A DNA stretch of 63,960 bases, filler included, from Candidatus Fermentibacterota bacterium (GTDB lineage Bacteria > JAFGKV01): the NCBI GenBank assembly GCA_016928395.1. It is 5 parts of 5 records of this genome, joined end to end, with 100 filler letters (N's around TTAATTAATTAA, not from the genome) between each part and the next. Parts side by side here need not be neighbours in the genome. Positions count along the whole stretch, not along the records: positions 20,986 to 42,253 come from JAFGKV010000127.1; 4 more parts are not named here. One strand, 5' to 3'. Position 1 is the stretch's first letter; each line of letters opens with the position of its first letter. A program made the position numbers and the translations under genes. Below, piece after piece: positions 30,965 through 40,907 of the stretch. Below the pieces are notes generated by a model, which saw nothing but the letters and a program-made list of their open reading frames with translations, made no database searches and had not been told where the DNA came from.

Positions 30965-32530
30965 CTAGTTGTCGGCGCCTGCCAAGGCCTGGCGGGCCTG
31001 CGGGGTTCGTGGATCGTCAGGAGCGAGTTCGATGAACCGCCGGTAGGCATCACCGGCTCTCTCGCCATTGCCCAGTCTCTCGCAGGCGGTGGCCAGCATG
31101 AAGTAGGAGTTGGCGAAGAGCGAGTCGAGTTGAATAGCCCGCTCATATGCGCGCACCGCGTCTTCGACCTGCCCGGCCGCCAGAAGGCCTTCTCCAAGAC
31201 TGTCGTAGGCATTGGCATCCTCCGGCGCCGCCTCGACGTAACGGCGGAAGTAAGGGAGCGCGCGTTCCGCCTCATTCTGGCCGAGTAAGGCGTAGCCCAT
31301 TCGGTTGAGGGCGTTCGGGTCGTCTGGGTTCTCACTGAGGAACGCGGCGAACTCCCGTTCGGCGTCGTCGAGCCTGTTCTCCCCCGCATAGGCCATTCCC
31401 AACAGGATGCGGGTGTGCCCTTCGTCAGGCGCCAGGTCTCGCGCTTTCTCCAAAGCCGCCACGGCCTTGGCATTCGCACGCGACTGCAAATAGAACGTGC
31501 CCAGCGCGCGGTGTGCCGCCGGATCATCGGGAGTGCGCAGCGCCGTTGCCTCGGCATCCGCCACCATGGTGAAATGGTCGAGCTGGAGCTGGGCATTGGG
31601 CATCATACGCCGATCCGGCAATGACGCGAGCAGGGCGGCCAGCTCGCTGGCGCCGCGGGTAAAGTCGCCCTCCAGAGTCGTGGTGGCCACGACTCTGCGG
31701 AACGAGGCACAGAGCCGAAGCGTCTCATTCGCCGAGCGCGAAAGGACCGTGTCGCACCGGGCGATGGCCATTTCATAGTCGGGCACGGCGAAGTCCTGGG
31801 CGGTTCGGGCATAGACCAGATAGTCATCCCAGTCGAACTCAGCATGCCGGTCCACGAAGGATCGCTGCTGCAGCGCCACCCCGAATACCGGCGCGAACGG
31901 GTAGTCGCGGACCACACGGACGAAGCAGTCCGCCGCGCGCGTCGAGTCGCCAGCAGCCTGATAGGCCTCCCCGAGGCGAAACACGATCTGGGCAGCGGCA
32001 TGCGGCGCCAGGGAGGGCTGGAGCGCCTTCTCGTACAGCATGATCACGCGATCGCGGTCTCCGCTCTGGTAGAGGCAATCCGCAGCAGCCAGGGACACCT
32101 CATTCACCCACTGGGCCGACGGGGCCTCCGCTTCACGGCCGGCCAGTTCCAGGGCGCTGCCATAGGCCTCAGCCGCCTTTGCCCACGAGGAGGATGCCAC
32201 GAGGCATTCGGCCTTTCTGCGGGCCGCTTCCGGCGCATAGGCGCTTTCGGGGTAACGAGCGACAACCACATCGAACGCATCCACCGCGCCCACGGTATCC
32301 TGGAGCGCCAGGAGTCGCAGATTCGCAGCGCCGAAGGCGGCTGTGGCCGCGAGACGATGCTGTGGATCCTCGCGCAGGAGTCCCTCGTAGATCTCGAGAG
32401 CATCCTGGTAGTCTCCGGCCACTTCCAGGGCGACCGCATCACGGAAGTGCTCCCGGGCCTGGGAGCATGGCGGGCGGGTAATGAGCATGGCCATGGCGGC
32501 CCACGCTCCCCACGACAAGGGTCTGAACAT
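30965..32530 (-). CDS. Exported tetratricopeptide repeat protein
   Basis: GGAGGAG RBS, signal peptide, and multiple TPR units (YPESAYAPEA; PEDANAYDSLGE). Confidence 0.85.
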   Translation of the reverse strand: MFRPLSWGAWAAMAMLITRPPCSQAREHFRDAVALEVAGDYQDALEIYEGLLREDPQHRLAATAAFGAANLRLLALQDTVGAVDAFDVVVARYPESAYAPEAARRKAECLVASSSWAKAAEAYGSALELAGREAEAPSAQWVNEVSLAAADCLYQSGDRDRVIMLYEKALQPSLAPHAAAQIVFRLGEAYQAAGDSTRAADCFVRVVRDYPFAPVFGVALQQRSFVDRHAEFDWDDYLVYARTAQDFAVPDYEMAIARCDTVLSRSANETLRLCASFRRVVATTTLEGDFTRGASELAALLASLPDRRMMPNAQLQLDHFTMVADAEATALRTPDDPAAHRALGTFYLQSRANAKAVAALEKARDLAPDEGHTRILLGMAYAGENRLDDAEREFAAFLSENPDDPNALNRMGYALLGQNEAERALPYFRRYVEAAPEDANAYDSLGEGLLAAGQVEDAVRAYERAIQLDSLFANSYFMLATACERLGNGERAGDAYRRFIELAPDDPRTPQARQALAGADN

Positions 32531-32825
32531 ACACTCCTCCGAATGGAGATGAAGACGACCCGGCCGCACGACCGGCAGATTGATTCCCGAGCAGGGATGA
32601 TAGGAAGGTCGAAAGGCAAAGACAACACCCGAGCCCACGGCGGATAGCATATCCGCACGTAACGCCGGTAGCCAAGCAACAAAGCGGCCATGCGGTGATC
32701 AAGGGCCATCGGTCTCCAAGCCACCGTCTGCAGAGCGTGAGCCGAGGGGCGCGAGCGCACACGTGTACGCTGCGAGTGTACACCGGAGTCCTGGTGTCTC
32801 CCCCCGAAGCACAGTGATGAGCATA

Positions 32826-32855
32826 GCCAGCTATTCTAATATTAGAATAGCTGGC
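32826..32855. repeat. Palindrome family copy 2
   Basis: Perfect 30-bp palindrome GCCAGCTATTCTAATATTAGAATAGCTGGC. Confidence 0.92.
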
Positions 32856-33313
32856 CGGAACGGTTTCAGACGGATCGGGACACGGGCCTGCGGCCAATTC
32901 TGGGCACGGAATGCGGGTACCGGTACGGGCTTTGTTCGAGAGTACATGGGTCTGCCATCCGAACGCTCTCGCCATCGGACACACTCGATTCCGATGCCGA
33001 GTGCGACCCCGGCCCGTTCGCCCCCTGGCGACCAGGGACGATCACCCCTACAACGGCCGGTTGCCATCCGGCCGTGTCTCTCAACCCCGAAGAATCCGAG
33101 GGCATCCCCGCCGTCAGAGTCCCGCCGTGTTCCAGAGAACATGCAAGGCTCGTACTCATACTCGTACTCGTACTCGAGCTTGGATTCCCGGCTCGCCGAT
33201 TACGACAACGATACCGACACCGACCCCGAGGCGGGCGGAGTCAGAGCTCCGCCCCTACGAGGCAACGGTTCCTCGCAGAGCTGGGCGGGCCTGATAGCTG
33301 AGGGCCGATAGCT

Positions 33314-33432
33314 GACAGCCAACTGCGGGCCGTACTCTCAACCTCGAAGAATCTGAGGGCGCGTCGCGCCGTCAGAGTCCCGACTGAACCCTGAACCCTG
33401 AACCCCGAACCCCGAACCCTGAACCCTGAACC
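33314..33432 (+). repeat. Dispersed repeat element (copy C) with 7 tandem C(T/C)GAACC heptamers
   Basis: Matches 20987-21075. Seven heptamers counted at 33384-33432. Confidence 0.8.
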
Positions 33433-33462
33433 CTCTGAAACGTCACCTCGCCAGGCGAGGGT

Positions 33463-34758
33463 CTACACCGACTCGGTGACCGAACTGAAGGTGAAACCCT
33501 CGCTCATGACGGCGGGCACCCGCATACTCCCGTTCACGTACTCCGGCCGGCTCAGACCGACGATGTTCTTGAAGAGCGTTACAGGAGATTCGTTGAAGCG
33601 CAGGTTTTTCACCGGGCCCGTCACTACGCCGTTCTCGATCAGGAACAACCCGTCGCGGGTCATGCCCGTCAACAGCAGCTCCTTCCGGTCTACATAGCGA
33701 ATGTACCACAGCCGCTTCACCAGCAATCCACGGTGGCACGAGCCGACCAAATCCTCCACTGAGCGATCGTCGCCGCCAATGCACAGGGGGAAGAGTGATG
33801 GATCGGGAGACTCATTCTTCACGTGTGCCCAGTACCTCGTATGGTGCAGTCTGCGCACCACGCCGTCCTCGACCCATACGATGCGCCTCGAAGGAAGCCC
33901 GTCGTCGGAGAAGGGCGGCGCCGGAAGCCGCGGGTCATCGATCTCGGTGGTCAGGGTGAATCGCGAGCTGAAGAACTCTGTGCCCAGTGTGCCCGCAAAG
34001 ACAGTGCTTCCTTCCTCCCCTTCCCGGGCGCCCAGGCTCATAGCCGTGAACAGGAGCAGTTCCGCCACGGCCAGAGGCTCGAGGATTACGGTGTAGTCGC
34101 CTGGCTCCAGGGCCCGCGGATTCTGAGCGGCGTGGGCCGTGGCCGCGGCCCGGCCCGCGATCTCCTCAGGCGCGATATCCTCTGCCCGCCACGAGGCGCC
34201 CGCCGCATAGCCGCTGCCGTGGGCGCCGTGCATGGTGGTGGAGAGCGACAGCTTGGAGTGCTGGTCATAGCCGAAGAGCCCGAGCGTTGTCGCCAGCGCC
34301 GACACGCCGGACGAAGCGCTCATCAATCCACTGGGGACGAACCCCTGGGCCTTTGCCCGTTTGACAATGCCTGCCACATGATCCGCCAGAGCCGCAGGTG
34401 TCGCCTGAGCAACCTTCGGGTCGAACCGGGGCTGCGCCACAGGGTAGGATTGGGGGCCGAGGGGCGGTACGAACTCGGGGTCTTGTGGCGCTGCCAAGGC
34501 AATAGTCTGTGCCCGCTCTGCCACTCTCTCCAGTGACGCATCGTCCATGGAATTGATGATGGAACTTCCTTGACGCGTGCCGAAGGAGACTATCACCCGC
34601 AGTGATTCCTCCTCACCACTGCGGTTCTGGGTAATGGCCCCCTCCGCAAATCGCGTCGTAAGGCTTGCGCTGAAGTCATATTCGACCTGGGCCTGCGGCG
34701 CCGATATCCGTGAGAGAACCCGGCTCAGTAATGCCTGTACGTCGTCTTTGGTTCTCAT
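33463..34758 (-). CDS. pmbA: TldE/PmbA family protein
   Basis: TRFAEGAITQN, LEPGDYTVILEP, TGMTRDGLFLIENG and NLRFNES. Lacks HExxH. ATGA overlap with tldD. Confidence 0.88.
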   Translation of the reverse strand: MRTKDDVQALLSRVLSRISAPQAQVEYDFSASLTTRFAEGAITQNRSGEEESLRVIVSFGTRQGSSIINSMDDASLERVAERAQTIALAAPQDPEFVPPLGPQSYPVAQPRFDPKVAQATPAALADHVAGIVKRAKAQGFVPSGLMSASSGVSALATTLGLFGYDQHSKLSLSTTMHGAHGSGYAAGASWRAEDIAPEEIAGRAAATAHAAQNPRALEPGDYTVILEPLAVAELLLFTAMSLGAREGEEGSTVFAGTLGTEFFSSRFTLTTEIDDPRLPAPPFSDDGLPSRRIVWVEDGVVRRLHHTRYWAHVKNESPDPSLFPLCIGGDDRSVEDLVGSCHRGLLVKRLWYIRYVDRKELLLTGMTRDGLFLIENGVVTGPVKNLRFNESPVTLFKNIVGLSRPEYVNGSMRVPAVMSEGFTFSSVTESV

Positions 34759-36203
34759 ACCTTCGCCTCCCCTACGCGGATAGCGCGGAACCGGCAGTAG
34801 CTGGCGCCATGGGTCATTCTCATCCTCTGGGACGGCTCGCCTTTGCCGCAGTTCATGAGGCCGAACGGCTTCCAGTGGGAAGGGCCGGCAATGGCATCAC
34901 AGCTTCCCCAGAACTGACGCGTCTGCGACTGATACGTGACCTTCTTCAGCGGCTTCGTCACCGTGCCGCCCTCGATCATCCAGAACATGTCGCCGCCGAA
35001 CTGGAAGTTGTTGCGCATCTGATCGATGGAGAAACTCCCGCGCCCCTGAATGTAGACGCCGCGGTCAACACCGGCGATCAGCGACTCGGGGGTTACCTCC
35101 TCGCGTGAACCCGGCTCCATGTACAGATTGGGGATCCGGTTGATGGGGAAACTCCGGAACCCGTCGGCGCGGCAGCACCCTACCGAGTGCTCCCAGCCGA
35201 TCAGGGGGGCGGTCTCCCGGGTTGTCCCCAGGCCGACCAGAATGCCATCTCGGATGATGGGAAACTTCTGCATGGCCACCCCGTCGTCGTCAAAAAACCA
35301 GCTCCCCGCACCGCCCGGCATGGTATTGTCTACCGTGAAGTTCACGATCTCGCTGCCGTACTTGAGGCTTCCGACATCATTGGGACGAATGAAACTCCGG
35401 CCTGCGAAGTTGCTCTCCCACCCCAGGATGCGATCCAACTCCGTGGGATGGCCCACCGATTCGTGCATTGTCAGGGCTAAGTGATCGGGGTCAAGAACAA
35501 GATCCATGACGCCCACGGGGCTGGGATCCGCGCAGCACTTGAGCACTGCCTCTTCGGCCCACCAGCGCGCCCGGCCGGCCAGGTCCAGAGAGCGGATGAA
35601 CTCATACCCGGCCTGTCGTGCCCCGCCCTGGTAGCTGCGTTCCTGCGACTCGCCGTTCTTCACGGCCACGGCCTGGAGCATGGGGTTGGCGAAGGTGGTG
35701 GTCATGTCGACGTAGGTGCCGTCGGTGGTGGCGATGATCCTGTGCACCCGCGAAAACTCAAGCAGGCCAAGGGTCATGACCACACCGGGCACCCCAAGCA
35801 TGGCGTCGCACGCCGACAACAGCAGATCGGCCTTCTCGCCGTGGGGAACGGCGAATGGGTCTTCCTCGCACGGACCGATGCACGTCGCAACGTGGGCGGG
35901 CTCGGGCGCCATGACGAGAGGCGGCGTACGCCTGGCCTTGGATGATGCCTGGGCTGTGGCGACGGCACGATGAGCCGTCTTCGCCACGGCGTCCCTGGAA
36001 AGCGTGGTACTTGAGGCGAAACCCCATGCACCATCGATGAGCATGCGCACCGCATACCCGAAGCTCTCAGCCTCATCGATCAGCCGGAGTGATCGCCTCT
36101 TGACGAAGATGCGGTTCTCGCGTTCTTCCACCACGCGCATGTCGGCAAAACTGGCCCCGGCTTCCTGGGCGATGCCCAGGGCGATCTCAGTGTATTCCCT
36201 CAT
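34755..36203 (-). CDS. tldD: TldD family metalloprotease
   Basis: HESVGHPTELDR zinc motif, SFSIDQMRNNFQF and NCGKGEP. Confidence 0.93.
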   Translation of the reverse strand: MREYTEIALGIAQEAGASFADMRVVEERENRIFVKRRSLRLIDEAESFGYAVRMLIDGAWGFASSTTLSRDAVAKTAHRAVATAQASSKARRTPPLVMAPEPAHVATCIGPCEEDPFAVPHGEKADLLLSACDAMLGVPGVVMTLGLLEFSRVHRIIATTDGTYVDMTTTFANPMLQAVAVKNGESQERSYQGGARQAGYEFIRSLDLAGRARWWAEEAVLKCCADPSPVGVMDLVLDPDHLALTMHESVGHPTELDRILGWESNFAGRSFIRPNDVGSLKYGSEIVNFTVDNTMPGGAGSWFFDDDGVAMQKFPIIRDGILVGLGTTRETAPLIGWEHSVGCCRADGFRSFPINRIPNLYMEPGSREEVTPESLIAGVDRGVYIQGRGSFSIDQMRNNFQFGGDMFWMIEGGTVTKPLKKVTYQSQTRQFWGSCDAIAGPSHWKPFGLMNCGKGEPSQRMRMTHGASYCRFRAIRVGEAKV

Positions 36204-36228
36204 GCCCTCTCCTCTCTATGCTATCACC

Positions 36229-39200
36229 TTACGACAGGGCAGGTAGCAGGGTTGGGCTCCGCGATTGCCCCACCGGGCCCGGATGACTCCGGGTGCCGGG
36301 CTCTTCACCCTCGGGACGGTAGGCACGCAACTCAATGGATTCGATGCGAACCCGACCGACCCCGTCGGGAAATTCCAGGCGGAGTCTCGTCACGGATCCA
36401 CGCCACACCCATGCCGGCAGCAGCCCCACATCGACTCGATAGGTGTGCGTCGTGTCGTCTGCCTCCATGAAAAACGCCATGGCCGCGGAACCGTCCAGCG
36501 TGTCTCGACGGGCTGAGGCAAAAACGACCCGCGCCGTGCCGACGACATCGCATGCCAGCCTCAGCACCAGCGTATGACCCCCATCGGGCTGGATGAACAC
36601 GGGCGGTGATGTCAACGCCTTGGCGTGGCCCGAAACTGCGGCGGGCAGGCCCGCGCCGGGCGAGGATTCCTCCCGAAGGCCTCGAATCCCTGACCAGGTC
36701 GACAAAATCTCGGAAGCCGACCATCGCCGCACGAGATCGGACTCCTGCGGCAGGTCGCCAAGATACCGAGGCACATGCCCCACATCGACCGCAAAGGGTG
36801 CCGATGCGATGAAGTTCCACACTGCCTGATCGCGGGGAATTGGCCGGCCGCGCGCTTCCAGAATGATCGTGTCGTCTACGAGAGCGGAAGGGGCGTAGTT
36901 CCGATAGAGGTGGCGCGTGATCAGCGGATGGCGCAGCGGATGAATGAGCCAGTCATACCCGTATTTCTCCGCATCGCCCGAGGGGAAGAGCACCATCCGG
37001 GGGCGTACCGCGGCCAGGGATGCGACGACCTCGCGCTGCGCGGCCAGGGATGCGGCATAGGTTGTCTGCACGTAGCGCGTGGGGCAGGGCCGGTCTGCCA
37101 GGAAGTAGAGCAAGCCGCCATTGAGGAAGTCATAGAATCCCTCATTCGGACCAAGAGTCTTGTTCACGTAGTCCACCACGTGCTCGATCCATGCGGCGGT
37201 CCCGGGGTCGGCCACCACGCCGGCGCCCGCCCGCCGTAGCCGAAGCTCCTTGAGGCGTGCGGATCCATCCCGCCGCGACTCAGGCCCCAGGCGCCCGGAT
37301 AGAATGCGGGCGGGGGCGGTTTCCGGATCCACCACCATGATCCGGAACCCGAGAAATAGCAAGACGCCCAACGCCATGGCATGGGAGACGGCACCCCGGC
37401 GGGCGGTGCGCAGCGCGTTCGCATGATGCTGGATGAGCACTACCAGCACCACGAACACCAAAGGAAGGAGCTTGCCGACATGATCCATATCGGGCCTTCG
37501 AATGACCGCCCGGAAGAAGGCCGCCGAACCCGCAACGACCACCGGGAGCGCGAGGGTTGATCCGGCTACCTGACCCAGAGAACGGCGCGCGGCCAGATGC
37601 GCCAGACCCCACACGATGACGAAGGGAGGCAGATAGAGGGCCGTTGCCTTGGACTGAACGAGGCGACCCAGTCCTTGTGCCCCGTGGCGCAGGAGCATCC
37701 AGGGAAGTTGGGGATACGGCCGGGATGAGCGATCCGACAGCCCTCCCACGATGGAGAATGAGGTCTGGATGAAATGCGGCAGGGCTCCCCGTACTGCGAG
37801 ATAGATCAGAGGAACCGCGGCGCCCACGAGCCCCCCGCACAGCACGGCAGCCGTCGACCGCCACCATGGCCGCGGCCACGCCGGATCGGGCGGGAGTGTG
37901 GCCCCGTAGGCCAGAGTGGCTGCCACCGCCACCGCCGCCGCAATTCCGCCATCCAAGCTGTAGAACACTGCCAGAGCCCCCAGACAGCCCGCGGCGAACG
38001 CGGGTCGGCGATCACGACACCGGCGCACGAGCCACATGGTCATGGCCGCATACGCGAGGAATGGCAGCCAGTACCGCCCGTGGGGTGGCGGGAGGGTGAA
38101 TGCCGCGACCGCAGCAGCAGCCACGCCCTTTAGAGGCGAGCCGAGGCAGATCGCCAGCAATACGTAGAGCGCGACCATGGCAAAGGGATCCACGGCGTGC
38201 TGGATCGCGCGTACGCCATGCACCGACCAGTCACGGGCCAATCCCATCTGCGGCACCAGGCCGTTCTCGGCCAGGCCATGCCAGAGGAATACCTCCTTGT
38301 AGGGGGCTGCCCCCTGGGCGATGGCCGCCGCGGGGGTGAGCCGCTCGCCCTCATGGTAGAGGTCGATGGGTTCGCGCACATCGTGTACGTAGCACGTGGC
38401 GTAGAGCACGGCGGGGGCCCACACCCACCAGAACAGCCGGGAGGTCAGCCGCCGGGAGATGGCCGAAGCGCGCCCGGCCGCCACGGCCGCGAGAATGCAG
38501 GCGGCGATGACCGCGACGACCGCGGCAGTTCTCAGGGCATGACTGGCAGGATCGGCATTGAGAATCACCAGGCCGCCAAGGGGAAAGACCCCCGCCGCCG
38601 CGACGCGCCGGGCATTCTCTCGCCCCATGCGTAGCGACAGTAGCCCTGAGGCCGCCGCCCATAGGGCGCCCACTAAGACACTACACACGAGCGCGAACAC
38701 GATGGAGGCACGGCGCAGGGTCGCGAAATCTTCTCCAGGCCCCCACGCGATCATGGAGGCGAGGCCGATGCCAGCCAAGACTATGGCGCCCAGGGTTTCC
38801 GCCTCGAAAACGCGACGAGATGCGCCCGATTCGTTCGCGGGCGGGCCCGGCGACTCGACGGAAGTCGATGAGAGAGCCCTCGCCCTGCCCTTGAAGGAGA
38901 CCGCCGTGAGCAGGGCATAGGCGGCGCCGCAGATCGCCAGAGCCGAGCCTACACCGATGCCAGCGGCGACCGGGGCGGGCCAGGCCAGGAGCGCGGCAGG
39001 AGCCACGATCGCCAGAAGACTCCCGGGCCCGGCTGGTCTGTGCAACCGAGCGGCGCGCAGGGCCACCACACACGCCAGCGGCACAATGATGCAGGCCATG
39101 AGGAAGATGGGCACTTCGCGGCCCTTGGCATAGCCTTCGACCACCGCCTGGTTGATGACATCGCCATCCCAGCGCAGGACCGGCGCCACGTGGGGCGCAA

Positions 39201-39321
39201 GCAGGGCCACGACTCCCAAGCCGAATGCGCCGGCGCACAGCGCGACGAAGGTGGCCGCGCCCGATGGGCCGACCGGGGATACTCGCCCGACGGCCGAGCG
39301 AGGCATGTCATGCCTCGTCAC
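36229..39321 (-). CDS. Large polytopic membrane protein, GT-C-like core with extra N-terminal TM block and soluble C-terminal domain
   Basis: Many TM segments; DLYHEGE...GAAPYKEVFLWHG resembles the first-loop motif of GT-C proteins. Start uncertain (GTG 39321). Confidence 0.6.
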   Translation of the reverse strand: MTRHDMPRSAVGRVSPVGPSGAATFVALCAGAFGLGVVALLAPHVAPVLRWDGDVINQAVVEGYAKGREVPIFLMACIIVPLACVVALRAARLHRPAGPGSLLAIVAPAALLAWPAPVAAGIGVGSALAICGAAYALLTAVSFKGRARALSSTSVESPGPPANESGASRRVFEAETLGAIVLAGIGLASMIAWGPGEDFATLRRASIVFALVCSVLVGALWAAASGLLSLRMGRENARRVAAAGVFPLGGLVILNADPASHALRTAAVVAVIAACILAAVAAGRASAISRRLTSRLFWWVWAPAVLYATCYVHDVREPIDLYHEGERLTPAAAIAQGAAPYKEVFLWHGLAENGLVPQMGLARDWSVHGVRAIQHAVDPFAMVALYVLLAICLGSPLKGVAAAAVAAFTLPPPHGRYWLPFLAYAAMTMWLVRRCRDRRPAFAAGCLGALAVFYSLDGGIAAAVAVAATLAYGATLPPDPAWPRPWWRSTAAVLCGGLVGAAVPLIYLAVRGALPHFIQTSFSIVGGLSDRSSRPYPQLPWMLLRHGAQGLGRLVQSKATALYLPPFVIVWGLAHLAARRSLGQVAGSTLALPVVVAGSAAFFRAVIRRPDMDHVGKLLPLVFVVLVVLIQHHANALRTARRGAVSHAMALGVLLFLGFRIMVVDPETAPARILSGRLGPESRRDGSARLKELRLRRAGAGVVADPGTAAWIEHVVDYVNKTLGPNEGFYDFLNGGLLYFLADRPCPTRYVQTTYAASLAAQREVVASLAAVRPRMVLFPSGDAEKYGYDWLIHPLRHPLITRHLYRNYAPSALVDDTIILEARGRPIPRDQAVWNFIASAPFAVDVGHVPRYLGDLPQESDLVRRWSASEILSTWSGIRGLREESSPGAGLPAAVSGHAKALTSPPVFIQPDGGHTLVLRLACDVVGTARVVFASARRDTLDGSAAMAFFMEADDTTHTYRVDVGLLPAWVWRGSVTRLRLEFPDGVGRVRIESIELRAYRPEGEEPGTRSHPGPVGQSRSPTLLPALS

Positions 39322-39352
39322 AGGTACACCTTCACGTCGGGGAAGACCTCCC

Positions 39353-40900
39353 TCACCTGAGCCCCAGGCGATAGACCCCGGTGGTGCCCTCGCCGTAAGG
39401 GCCATCCCATTGTTCGGCCATAATCCGGTTGGCCCTTACCCCGCATGAGCGCAACATCGGCCACACTCGTTTCTCCAGGACGCGGTCTCTCGTGGAGATT
39501 TCCAAGTAGTACGCGGACTGCCGTAGGATATCGCACCCTTCGGTGAGGCCGACCACACGCAATGGCGCATGTACGTACCCCAAGGCAGGAACGCTAAGAG
39601 CCTCAGCCGCTTTCCCCGCCGCCACGATGGGGAGATCCCCCGCTGCTGCCCGAAGGTAGTCTATCGCGGCCTTGTGGGCGCGAATGGTCCCCCTGTACCC
39701 AAGGGTGCTCTCATGTACAGACCATTTGTCCATCTTCCAGACCTCGGCTGAGAACGCCGCGGAAATCATAAGGCCGGCCGAAACCGCCACGATTGGCCAT
39801 CCGGCGCGGCGCCGGACCAATGCAGCCGCGGAACAGATGGCCAGACCGGGCCATGCCGGCAACATGTACCGGGGAAATCGGTAGTGATACGTGCAGAAGA
39901 GCAGCGTCAGGGCCAGGGCCAGCAGCGGCACGATCCTCCAGAAGCCACCTCTGGCCCAACAGAGAGCAGCCACCACCACGAAAAGGCCCACCGCGGCCCC
40001 GTCGGCCGCTCCCATGCGAGGCATTGCCGCGGCCCCTACCACGCAAAGGGCGCAGACAGCAAGGGGGATCGCCATGCGCCAGCCGCGCCGAACTCCCAGC
40101 AGCACTGCCGCGCTGAACGGCACCCAGGCCCACTGATCGACCACCAGTCGCCGCACCCAGTACACCCAGCCGTCAAGACCCGCTCGGACATTGTGCAGCA
40201 GCGAGAAGTCCTCCACGTTCTCGGGGTAAAGGAACCACCCGAAGCGGACCTTGCACGCCACGAGCCACGCCGCATAGACGATCACCGGAACCCACAGGAA
40301 AACCTGCCGGAATCGTGGTCTCCAAAGACCGAGCGTTCCCATGGCAGATAGAACCGCGGGTGCCAGTATTCCGGGCGCCTTGGTGAGTGGGGCCAAGGCG
40401 CCTGCCAGCAGATAGATGGCCGGCCATCCCCGGTGGGCGGCGAGCAGGGTCAGGATCGAGAGCGCAGCCACCGGTATGTCCAGCCGCACCAAGGTGGTCT
40501 GCACCAAGAACGGGGGCCATGCCGCCACCAACAGCGCCGCCATTGACCCTGCGGAAGACCCGGCAAGGCCGGCGCCCAAACCATAGACCGCCGCCACCAT
40601 CACCATGGAGAACACCACGGATAGGGCATGAGCAGTCTCGACGTGGGGGCCGAACAGTCGGAATGCGATCCCCTCCAGAAGAAAAAAGAACGGGGGATGC
40701 ACCTCGTCCTCGATGAACGGATCGAAGGTGCGCATCATGTGCAGGGCATTGGGTATCATGTAGGCCTGGCCGTCGCCAAACTCGGGCTGTCGAAGTGTCG
40801 CGATCCCCGCGCCTGCCGTGATAAGGAGGCCGGCGACAAGCCCCCAATGGGCGCCCAGGGTTCGCAGGGTTCGTGATCGCGCGTGTGTCATGAGGCCCAT
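39353..40900 (-). CDS. ArnT/PMT-like (GT39/GT83-type) membrane glycosyltransferase
   Basis: GDGQAY...HPPFF loop, TLVRLD, LTK and PRYMLP motifs, many TM helices. Confidence 0.75.
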   Translation of the reverse strand: MGLMTHARSRTLRTLGAHWGLVAGLLITAGAGIATLRQPEFGDGQAYMIPNALHMMRTFDPFIEDEVHPPFFFLLEGIAFRLFGPHVETAHALSVVFSMVMVAAVYGLGAGLAGSSAGSMAALLVAAWPPFLVQTTLVRLDIPVAALSILTLLAAHRGWPAIYLLAGALAPLTKAPGILAPAVLSAMGTLGLWRPRFRQVFLWVPVIVYAAWLVACKVRFGWFLYPENVEDFSLLHNVRAGLDGWVYWVRRLVVDQWAWVPFSAAVLLGVRRGWRMAIPLAVCALCVVGAAAMPRMGAADGAAVGLFVVVAALCWARGGFWRIVPLLALALTLLFCTYHYRFPRYMLPAWPGLAICSAAALVRRRAGWPIVAVSAGLMISAAFSAEVWKMDKWSVHESTLGYRGTIRAHKAAIDYLRAAAGDLPIVAAGKAAEALSVPALGYVHAPLRVVGLTEGCDILRQSAYYLEISTRDRVLEKRVWPMLRSCGVRANRIMAEQWDGPYGEGTTGVYRLGLR

Positions 40901-40907
40901 ACGACTC

